From: Epiperipatus broadwayi
Lineage: Eukaryota > Animalia > Onychophora
Assembly (NCBI GenBank): GCA_028023455.1
Contig: JAQFVV010000004.1
Span: forward strand, 22,072,001 to 22,136,000
Length of the DNA: 64,000 bases
Direction: 5' to 3'
A program made the translations under genes and the position numbers. Shown here in pieces: positions 53,110 to 64,000 of the stretch. Positions within the stretch are counted from its first letter, which is position 1, and every line of letters begins with the position of its first letter. The notes under the pieces are model-generated. The model ran no database searches, was not told the DNA's origin, and saw only the letters and a program-made list of their open reading frames with translations.

Positions 53110-56100
53110 AAAAAAGGTTTTTAAGATGCAGGCATTCGAATCTCTCCTTCCTGGTTATCCTAAAGGCATTGGGATCTGTTTACTTAATGATGGTATATGG
53201 TACTTCATATGTATTGTAGAATTTACGGTACTTATTTTCCTGGGGTCTACTTGAGTGTGGAGTTTTTAATAGAACTTTATCTCCAACCATAAATTTGTGT
53301 GGGCACATTTTTGTTCTTTGGTTCCTGTGACTTGCCACTTTGGCAAGTCACTCACAAGCTTTTAGTCTATTTTTTTGTTCACCTATTTTGGCTTGAGTAG
53401 CCATAGCTTGGAATTTTGCAATAGCATAAGTGTCAGTTTGATTAAAGTGTAATCAGATGGACATGAATTCAGTCCGATTCATTTATACTCCAATTGATTT
53501 AGTTGACTACATGTTTTATCTGCTTTACCAACCTTTATGATCTCCCACTAAATAAGTCCTAAACAAACATCCAACCTCCTGCATGATGTGTTTGTATGGA
53601 TTTGGCTGTGAATTGCTAATGGAGATTAGCATGTGTTTTTTTATCCGCACATTTCTTCCATTCTCTGGATAGGAAAGAGGTACCATGATCAGTTAAAATG
53701 ATCTTAGGCTTTCCTATCACCATGAACTGAAGACTGTGCAATACCTGATCGTATGTCTAGTATTGGCTTAGGGTGTTTGGAAAAGAGATCATAGGTGACT
53801 AACAAGTATTGTTGTTTGTTAAATGGGAGCAATGACTCATAATAGTCGATTGCCAGAATATCGTTTGGTCTTTCTGGTATGACTGATTTAGTAGAGTTAA
53901 TATAATTCTGGTTTACTAGCTTGGCTCTTAAACAGACAGTCTTGGAGGGATCTCAAGATGTCTTTGTACATCTTTGGCCAGTAAAACCAAATGTTAAGAA
54001 TATGTTCTGTTTTGTGGCAGCCATAAAGACCATATAGACAATGTACATATTTTATGAATGGGTCTCATCAGGACTTAGGTACTACTACCCTGCATTCATT
54101 GGTGTCACAGTTAACTTTGTATGGTAAAACCTGTTTTCCTACTTAAACAACGTAAGATTTTTTGACAAATGCAGAACTTTCCTTTTAAAGCTTTAATTAT
54201 TAGATTTAGATCTGGGATTTATGACTGTGCCTCATGCAGGTCTTCTAAATTGTTCTTTACATTTTTATCAATCTTCAGATCAATGTTGGTAATGCAGGCA
54301 TTATCTACTGATAGATGATGCTGTTCTGATCTGTATGGGTTTTGACTCAGCACATTAGCTAGGATGTTCTCGAATCCTTTGCAATACTGAACTGTAGTCG
54401 AAATCCTGTAATAACAGACTCCACCTGATTAAATGAGTGTTGGTCAGGTAGCTGTGATTCAGGAATTCGAGGCTTTTGTGGTCTGTGAACATTATCACCT
54501 TTGATACGAGAAGCATTTGTCAGAATTTCTGGAAAGCCCATATGATTGCTAGGGCTTCCTTCTCTGTAACCATGTAATTTATTTCTAAACCCTTTAGAAA
54601 TCAGCTGATGAAGTAGAGAAATGCCATGTTGGCCACTCTCTTGGAATTGGGATAGTTACTCCTAATCTGTAACCACTATTGTCTGTCTGAACAATGAATG
54701 ATTTATTAATATTAAGGAAGGTTAACATTGTTTGCTCTAAGAATCCTGCTTTAATATTTGCAAACACCTTGCTCCTCAGTCCAGTTCCATTGCTCATCCT
54801 TTCTAATGAGTTTTAGCAACAATTCCATGTGATCAGAGAACTTTTAGTAAAACAATTATAAAAGTTGCACAGCCCTAAAAATAACCAGATTTGTTTCTTA
54901 TTAGTGGGTTTTGGAAAGTTCTGAATGGCATTCATCTTATCTGGATGAGGTCTTATCCCATTGTAACAAACGATGTGACCTAAGAAGATTATCTGGTCAC
55001 AAACTAACATGCTCTTCTTGAAGTTGACATTTATCCTCTTTTCATACCACTCTTTAAAGACCAGGGTTAGGTGTTAAAGATGCTCTTCAATCGTAGCAGA
55101 TGCAATTACTACATTGTCTACATAAATGGTAGTGATCAGTTTGACCTCAGGAGATAAGGTTTTGCCCAAGCACCCTATTAGACCAGTGCCACTATTGATC
55201 AATCCAAAAAGCATTCTATTAAATTGATAGACACCTCATATTGGAAGACAGTATATTGGCAATCTTCCGGATGGAGATCAATCTGCCAATACCTGGAGGT
55301 CAAGTCAAAAGTAGAAAACATTCTTGATTTCCAAATCTCACAAACAATTCGTATATGGGTGGTGGGATGTTCCTATCAGGAACTGTAACTTTGTTTAGTT
55401 GCTGAATATCTAAACAAAATCTCATCAACCCATCATTCTCCTTCACAGTTACAACTGGGTTGCAGTAAGGTGAAGACCACTTGGAAATAATCCCCCAATC
55501 CAGCATTTTATTAATCTGCTTGGATATCTCTTCCCAATACTGATATGGAATAGGGTAGGATATGAATGGAAATGGTTGGTCATGGACTAGCTTTATTCTA
55601 TGTGGGAAACCCTCTATTATTCCTGGTATCTGAAAAAATCAGGCTGAATTCATCATTAACTGATAGCAATTTCACCGTAACATTGCTTCCAAATCCACCT
55701 GGGTCTGGTTTTATGCAGTAGATAGGTTCCTCAGAAAACGCGCACAAAAGAAATTGCACATAAATAGACTTAACTTACCTTGAAAAATGGGGATAGGGGT
55801 TGTAATTTTCAGAAATCGCATAAAAGCAAAGCAAGAAAAAAAAATTACTTTAAAATTCGCATTAAAAAAATAAGGAAATAAAGTATGACTAATAAAAAAT
55901 TTCAAATATTTGAAAAAAAATAATACAAGACAAACTTTTTTTTATTAACTACAGTATTTAATTTTACATTTTTTCATACACATTTTAATCATTAGTGGTT
56001 ATTTGGCTATTTGACAATATTTGTTCGTTTGTGAACTGTTAAGAAATCAGATTCGTCATGTGACATACAACTAGCGCCACTTTTAGTCTTGAGCTGTGTT

Positions 56101-57120
56101 AATGGTTTTTTTGTTTCTATATTAAAGATATGAGATCATAATCAAAACAAAAAGATTATAGATTATCATTAAAAAGATTATTTTCAGTTTATAAAATCAA
56201 TAAAATCTTCGTTATTGTTTATTTTAAAAATCTAAAAAATTATTTATTTCTGTTATAATTAACAAAATACATTTTAAAAGTTTAAAATTTTTGAATATTT
56301 ACATAATATAAATCTATTATTATTATTTACTCATTAGTATAAGTAGGTTATTTACATAAAAGCTAATATTCTAAATACAGCTTCAAGCCATATTCACGAA
56401 CATAGAAGCTAATATTCTAAATACACCTTCAGGCCATATTCACGTTAGCTGCTAATATAACATTATATTTTTGAAAGAAAAAAAAGTATTTCAAGTCAAA
56501 ATAAGTTATTAATAATTTAAATTTCTTGATATCTAATAAATATAGTGAAATATGAAAGATATTAAGAAGAAACGTAAATTGTGTAACTTCAAAATCGCAT
56601 TAAAATAATCCGCATAAAACGAGACCCAGGTGTATATTGGATTCCACAATCTTACTTTCTATGAGTGCTTCTGGGATGGTAGATATTACACAGTCATCCT
56701 CATGTAGGTCATATCTCAAAAACAATGTCATCTCCAAGACCTAATCATTTATCCTAACTGTCCTAGCAGAGAAATCAATAGTATAATGGTACATGTGTAG
56801 GAAGTGTGCCCCTAAGATGACCACATGTATTAGGCTATTCAGTATGAGGAAAATATGATAGAGGAATGTTTGGCCAATTTTTCATTTGAACCCATGTTTG
56901 TTTTTGCATTAATTTAGCCTTTCTATTATTAGTCATGGTAACTTGTATCAATTTCAGTGGCAGTGTTTAAGACGTTAGGGTTCAGATAGAAATTACCTGA
57001 CACCACTGATATCTGGCTGCCAGAGTCTAACAAAACCTTAACTAGCAAATCCTGAAATCAAATTTCTATCATGGGGCAGCTCTGCAAAGTAAAATTAGGC
57101 ACTTTATCTTCCCAAGAACA
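53110..57120 (-). pseudogene. pol: Ty3/gypsy LTR retrotransposon pol (PR-RT-RH-IN), disrupted
   Basis: Protease LLDSGS (57016-57033). RT SSPYCNPVV, RFCLD, DLTSRYWQI and YVDN (55113-55124). RNase H QTDNSG, EKEALAI and TDH. Integrase FYWPKM and AIDYY. The domain order defines Ty3/gypsy. Many stops and frameshifts plus a MITE insertion. Confidence 0.92.
55696..56632. mobile_element. pogo/Tigger-like MITE, copy 4 (interior type A), inserted in gypsy pol between PR and RT
   Basis: TIR CACCTGGGTCTGGTTTTATGCAG / CCGCATAAAACGAGACCCAGGTG. Right TA intact (56633-56634), left flank reads TC. Confidence 0.88.
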
Positions 57121-57149
57121 CATCAAATTAGTGATTTCTCAGTTAGTTT

Positions 57150-59133
57150 GTTCGTCTTTTTTCTTTTGGCTTCTTGGGGTGAGGAACATGGCCCCAAGTA
57201 CCATTTTCAGTTTGTTTTCTGCATGATTTTGGGCATGTAGTTACTGCACCCTGGCATAGGTTTTTTCCTTGGGCTATTGGGAGAACTGATTTTGGGTATA
57301 AGATGTTTTTGTTTTTGTTTTATTGTTTGTCCATGTATATGGGGAGGTTTGTTATATGGTCTTTCCAATGATATGGGTCGTTATTATTCTTTCATCATTT
57401 ATAGTGTATGGTGTTACAACCACATCTTTATGTTTTGTGGTGTCCTGTTGGTTACATTGGTTGCATTTGAATTGATGCTGTTTAGCAACTCCATCATTTG
57501 CTCAACATTTTTGGTATTTGTGAGAGGAGCTTGATTCTAAGAGGTAGATTTATTTTTTACTATCATTATCTCACTTTCGCTCAAGGCTATGTGTTTAAAG
57601 TCCTTAATTTGATAACCTGGCAGTGAAAGAATTTCATCAATATTTCCCCTGTACTTCTCCTGGAACATGTGGTATAGCCAATTCTTCCCTATCACAGTTC
57701 CAAAAAAATTTTTACCAGTAATGTCTGGTAGTCTTCAAAAGTGGGGGGTCTGAAATAATAACTCCCTCAGAGGTGTGCAGGCAATGATCAATTTCTCACC
57801 CTTAGTCAAATTGTGGTTCACAGAAAAATACAGGTCAAGGTTCCTTAGAGGTTCTATTGGGGCTTCATGGGCAGATCACTTGAAGACTTTTAGCCTTATG
57901 AATTGGTTGATGGTACTGATTTGTGCCACATGGTTCCACACACTGGACATCTCCCTGAAGTTTATGTGTAGTAGGTACCTGTGTGTCCTGGTCAATGTGC
58001 ATGTGTTGGGTATGATTCCTTCCAGGTTGAAATTGAAAGGAGACTTCTATCCCTGATGATTCTTAGTATGGGAGATTGGCTGCTTGGCACTGGTTGCTCA
58101 TTTTATTGGGGTCCTTGAGAGCGATTTCCAGGCTGTCTATCACTTCATCCCACTTCTCCCTGCCAGTCAGAGCCATTTGATCGTCCCTAGTTGGTCATAT
58201 CTTAAATGCTTTAGTTCTTGAGAATAGCTGGGATTCAAGAGCCTTGAACCACTGATTGACCACTCCACTCAGTTGATTGACCCGATTGTATGTTTCATTT
58301 ATACTTCCATCTTTTCCAGGTTTGCTTTGTTTGAGAGGTTTTCTGTCTTGCTTGCAGCTAGTTTGTCTTCCAGACACTTTATATTGTGGCCCATTGATTC
58401 AATTGCCTTGTTGTGCGCCCCTGTTTTGACATTGTGCCTTATGTTGTTTTATTATCGTTTGTATGCCTTCAAATTTGTTCTCGGTATTTTTCTTGGCCTA
58501 TGATACTTTGCTCTTGAAGTATTCATGGCCTTAAGCCATCTTATAAAACAAAATTATCTGACGAGTTGGTACATCTAAAGTCTTCGAATCTTTGCTGGCA
58601 TTGTATGCCCTTTTCTCCCATCTCCCTTCTTATTTCTCCTAATTCTTATCTCAATTACCTTTTTTCTTTCTGAACATTATTGACACTCAGAGACAGCCAT
58701 TCCAAATCAGCAGATAATTTGTTTCCCATCTCATCATTTTTTCCAAATCTTCTTTGGTGCTATCCACATTTGTGTTCATTTTATCCATGTTTGCATCCAT
58801 GCTGTTGGCGAGTTCTGCTTTCATCATCAGGATCACCTGGAATATTTGTTCCATGGCCATTACATCTCCTGCAGCCTGTGCTACTTCGATTCTGGGCGCT
58901 TGATTCATTTCACTGGTGGGTATCTCATGGGTTTGAGATGCTGTTTGGATCATCTCTGGTACCTGTGGAGAGTGATCATTTTCTGTCATGGATCCCCCAG
59001 GTAACTGTACCAATGCATACTTATATCCAGTTTTAGAAGCAGAGCATTCCAATTCATTACTTCTACTATTTATAGTTTCTTGTGAAATTTTCTTGGCCAT
59101 TTTCATTAATTTTCTTCCACTCTTTGTTATCAT
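57150..59133 (-). pseudogene. gypsy gag-like ORF1, disrupted (first 148 codons open at 58687-59133)
   Basis: Lies immediately upstream of the protease on the same strand. Low-complexity and coiled-coil-like N-terminus (MDANMDKMNTNVDSTKEDLEKM) and a PIEPLRNLDLYF capsid-like patch. No clear CCHC knuckle. Confidence 0.6.
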
Positions 59134-62100
59134 CAGCTTGTTTTATATATATGGTTATGTTTTTATTAGCTTATATATGTAAAGATAGAATACTGTAGGG
59201 TTCCTTGCTGCCCCAAGTCATTTCATGTTTATTCATGATTTTCTTCTTTTTGTGTATGTGTGTGGGAGAGGGGGGCATGTTTTATTGCCTATATTTAAGT
59301 CTGGATTTTACTTGCCTGACTCACCTATTTTAAACACAATTTATTAGTCAATTAGTGATTCAATTATTGGACTCTGATTTTTGCATAACCATATGTGCAA
59401 TTACCACTTTTAATGTCACTTTCTTTTAATGTGCATGTTCAAACCCAAAAAAAATGTTCCAGTTATACATTCTCATTGTGGTTGATCATATTGGTCCTTC
59501 ATGTGAGTAAGTCCATGGTGGTTATGGTTTGAAAATGAATGACCATTCCTAAACAAAAAAAGATTTTTTTTTGCTTATGGATTTCAAGTCATGAAACTAA
59601 CTATTCCTGTAAGCTCCTTGTTCTGTGCCCGTAAAGTTAAGTACCAGATGCAATGGACTAGTGGTTCTCAGAAACATTTCTAACTATGGTCAGATCTTGG
59701 ATATTCAGGTAGGATGGATGCTGGCAAAGATGCGATGAAATACTTAATTTATCATCATAGTAATATTTATTGTAAGCCTGAGTTATCACTGACTACCAGA
59801 TGGCAATATAATTTAATTCACATTCGCCGACAATTTTCTGGCTTTTGGCTTTAGTAATAAGTCATTCTTCACTGGCAGATTTCCACATTCTACTTTTTAA
59901 TGTTTGGACATTTAATTTTATATTTTGAAGCTAAATTGCACATTTTAATGAGCTCTAGTACTATAAAATAATAAAATGTTCATTAAAGTTCACTCATCAG
60001 ACCATAAATTGAATCCCAGATGATATTCGGAAATAAAATAAAAAAAGAGTTCATAACAAATATTCTAAAATGATGACTAAATAGTTAATATATTCCTGCT
60101 GAGCTCATAACAGAATGGGAATCTTAAGTGAATCTGAAAACTCCCATATGAGCTCAAAATTCTTTTTACGAAGCCTGTCTATTACCATTCAACAATGATT
60201 GTAAACTGGAAGATAAATCAATGATTCTAAATTATAAATATCACCATCAATAACAAATAATAAGTTTTATGATCATGCACATATTATGATGAACAACAAA
60301 TTTTAATAAATTGATTTTTTTTTTTTTTTTTTCAAAGAATTCCTCAAATAAATTTCACAGTGAATGGAAAAAAAAAATTATCTGGTAAATTAAAAATCAA
60401 TTTAGTTGCATGGTAGCTAATCAGCTTATTACATAAAAAAAAATCAAGACCACTTCATTTTTTTGTTTATTAGGTGCCTTTCAAAATTTCATCTTTTTTT
60501 AAAACTTTACACGATGACATCTTTAATTACTAAAGTACTGTAAAATAGTTATTCCACCTAAAAAGCTAACTAGTAATTCATATCTGCAATTTCCATATGC
60601 ATGATTTCAGTTCACAATTTTAAAAAAGAAAATATGTAGAAAAAGAAAAAAAAATCAATAAAAATGAATTTTTCCAACAATAACATATGCAAACTTATAT
60701 AACCATGTGCCAAACCATGTTGCATTTGCTATCATTCAAGATGTTGCTTGGAACAAAATATACGAATATAGATTAATGATATAAAGATAAGCATGAATTT
60801 GTAAATAGTTCTAAATAGTAAGTAAGATACTAAAATGTAGAATGTTCAAAAAAATGGCAAACTATTACCGCTGGTAATACTTGAATTTTCTTTCAAGCAA
60901 AAAACTATACATCTAATATTTAATTCCTTATGATAATATCTATATTTGCTTGTCTAGAAAAGCAAGCTAGTGGTATTAGATTAAAAACAAAATTTGATGA
61001 ATTACATCAGAAAATTATTGTTTTTTTAATGCTAAATAAGAAATATAATTTCAGAAAACATTACTTTTTGTATTTCAAAATATTGTTTAACAGAAAATAT
61101 TTAAAAACCATAAATGTAGCTTTTTTTTTTAATTTTATCAATTATAATTCTATTAATTTCTTTATTATTGATATACCATTGATTTTTTTCCATAAAAAAT
61201 TTTAGTATTGATAATTCAATACCAAAGCTTTTTATAATTCATGAAAAACATAATCAATGGAATGAATTTAATTCAAGAATAAAACCATCAGATTAAATAG
61301 CATCCCAAAAATTTAAATTTTAATAATATTTTATTTCATTTTTCTCAAAACAATAATGAATTACAGTATATGTGATTATCAAATTTTTGTTTTATTAAAA
61401 CATATTTTATATACATAAAGATTAACTGTACTTTCAACAGTAATATTTAAAATAAAAATAATTTTAGTATTTGCTTTTATTGCAATTACAAATATTTGAT
61501 GTATGTGATGCAGATAAAATACTATTATTCCAGTTACTTATAAATTAGCAAATTCTAGCATATGGACAAAATTATCCTTTGAATTTTCATGATCATCAGA
61601 TTTAATGACTTTAGCAATCATAATTTTCTTAAGTAACATAAAATTAAAAAAAAAAAAGACATGTAAATACTTTTAAACTAAATAATGTAATTGATATGCA
61701 TGCTGGTATTTCAGAAAAGCTAAATATAATATATAGAGCAAACTATTACATGATTAGAATAAATTATACATAGTTGAGTTTAAATATTCAAATTCAGTTA
61801 TTAGAGTATTAATTTTAAAATTAAATCAAAACTAAATAATTATTACAAAATGAAAAAAGTACTTTATGTATTAATAATCTGTTTATTAACAGTGACTTCA
61901 AATACCATTTCTCTGAAATAGATAATTACAGTTTTCAATTTCTATAGATTTGCAGATAATTGAGACAGATAATACTAACAGCATTAGTATGTGTTAAAAT
62001 TTTCAGTGTAATTCTGAAAATGTGTATTGGGGGGTGGCGGTGGGTTATTTCAATTTTAATGTGGAGACATCATGATATGGTGTAAAAAAATGGCAGGGGA

Positions 62101-64000
62101 TCATCTGAAAAGAGTTGTTTATGATTCATGAAACTGAAGAGTATAATCAATGATTAAAAGTGGCAATATACTCATTATATCATAACAGTTAAATAAAGTT
62201 TGAGTGAATGCATACTTTTCTCACATAATCATGACAGCAACAATGATTGATTATGGCCAGTGATTTAATGCAAGCAATCAATTATGCACTTATACAAAAT
62301 CAAAAGATAACATGAAAGTTTTAGAATTTAGTGAAATCTCTGATATTAACAAAAGCAATATATATATATCAATGCCTTTTGATAATAACAAAATAACAAT
62401 TTGAATAAATATTTCCAAACATTTTTTGGAATATGAATTTTAAACCAAGATAGATAGTTCAACTGAGCCACCATTCAAAAGTTGAATTCAAGCTAATAAT
62501 TTTTAAAATTGTACATGGCTATTATCATTAATGATATAATAAATCAATTTATTCTCTAAAGATGTTATAACTGTCTTGCATGATTTATTAGCCATTTAAT
62601 TTATTGTTACAAATGTTTTACAGAGTATTATTAAAAAGTAAATAATAAAAACAATGTGTCTGTACTGTGCAATAGAAAAATTTTAAGTTTGTTAATGTTT
62701 AATTATCTTATTGATAGCATGTTTTTTCCCCCTAATGATAACTGCAAAGTATCATTGAAAGTTATTGGAATGTCTGCCAAAGTACTTAACTAATGCTTAA
62801 TAAGTACCTCAGAGTTAATGATATCAAAAACAAGGAAAGAGAGAATGGTCAGAGGAAGATAGTTACTTCCATTTCAATTATAGATATTTAAACAAAGTCA
62901 TGATTCTTATTAACTAATGTTAGTTTTTTTTATATGAGAATATTGGAATATTTTTATTTATCAATCCAATGACTTATCAAATTTATTGGTTGTTTGACTG
63001 ATTGTAACATTATAAAAATAATTGTAATAATAAAAATGTTCAAAGAAGTGTATATTGTAGTTTTGATATTTCAATTAAACAAATAATTTAAAGAGTTTTA
63101 TATTTACTTGTGAAATTCTGACGAATATTTTTACTATGATGAGAGATACATAAATTAGATACTATTAGATTGTCCCAACTATATGATTTTTTCATTTATA
63201 AGCATGCTTTAGTTTATTCTGAGAAAAGATTTTTGAGATGTTTTAAATATTGTTTCATGCTAGTAAAATGATTAGCATTTTAGATATTTTCTTTTCTTTT
63301 ATGAACTAATATGCATTTAAGCTGATGTAGAATTCACTTTAAATTCAGCTGACAGGATTGATAAATTATTTTCTCCTCTTTCCATAATTACTTTCTTATT
63401 TCCCTTGAGTAATGAAATCAATTTTATTTAACATTTCCACAATCTGTCCAAATGAAAATATAAAAAATAAAAATATTTTTTCATATACCGTGAGATCTGC
63501 TAGAATAAAAACTTTAAACTGTGTAACAAACACTTTTTCTCACTAAATTAAAATTAAATAATAATTCTACTTAATAACTGTAAACACATTCTTTAATCAA
63601 AATGTTATACACTAACAAAACATTATATGATCTCTACCTATACATTATTTTTGAATGACTAATCTACTTGTGTAAGCTTGAATAATCAGTAAACATCAGA
63701 TCACAATACTTAATAAATCCCTATCCAGTGCTGTCTATCTATATCTACAGATTGGTTTCTAGTTTATGGCCTTTATTAAGTATTATCATCTAGCATCTAT
63801 TGATTATTCAAGCATACATAAGATGGCAGAACTGGAGGTGGACAAATAAATTTACTACTTAAAATTAATATGTAGCAGAGATCATGTGATATTATGTTTG
63901 TATAAATGTTACATGAAAATATCTTTGCCGTGCAAGGCTCAAATTACACATTTAGTTTATATTTTTTGTATCTTTAACAGTGAAAATATACTATACTAAT

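Noticed and set aside
50480-59900. LTR pair, PBS and PPT for the gypsy element (G-rich tract at 50526-50550 on minus; TGGGGCAGCAAGG near 59202-59214)
   Set aside because: No direct repeat found between the regions flanking gag and pol, and the PBS does not match a tRNA 3' end I can name.
60101-60155. Small hairpin GAGCTCAT...TGGGA...TCCCA...ATGAGCTC
   Set aside because: Short, interrupted stem with no second copy; within chance expectation.
297-61205. Short ORFs in the supplied track as host genes
   Set aside because: All are under 150 aa. They are either low-complexity products of AT-rich DNA or fragments of the TE pseudogenes listed.
61585-61599. Minus-strand CTGATGATCATGAAA
   Set aside because: Only 4 nt between core halves, with no stem II and no supporting stems.

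Overview
Very AT-rich eukaryotic DNA, probably invertebrate (inferred from the repeat spectrum), that reads as intronic or intergenic. I found no supportable host coding exon, and no ORF in the track is an intact gene. The window is a layered transposon graveyard. It holds a Buster-type hAT derivative with perfect TIRs and TSD, four copies of a TA-targeting pogo/Tigger-like MITE family and a Tigger transposase remnant. Retroelement remnants include RTE, Tx1/L1-like, several Penelope-like element (PLE) fragments and a decayed Ty3/gypsy element, alongside several tandem repeats and many long palindromes. The standout is a ~400-bp non-coding inverted-repeat element (46043-46453; decayed second copy at 10748-11135). 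It carries two identical, outward-facing minimal type I hammerhead ribozyme motifs, one per strand, each with a palindromic stem III. PLE remnants here show the same outward-facing 3' end geometry, which suggests a non-autonomous PLE-dependent 'inverted retrozyme' family. All protein motif calls come from manual translation and are not database-verified.
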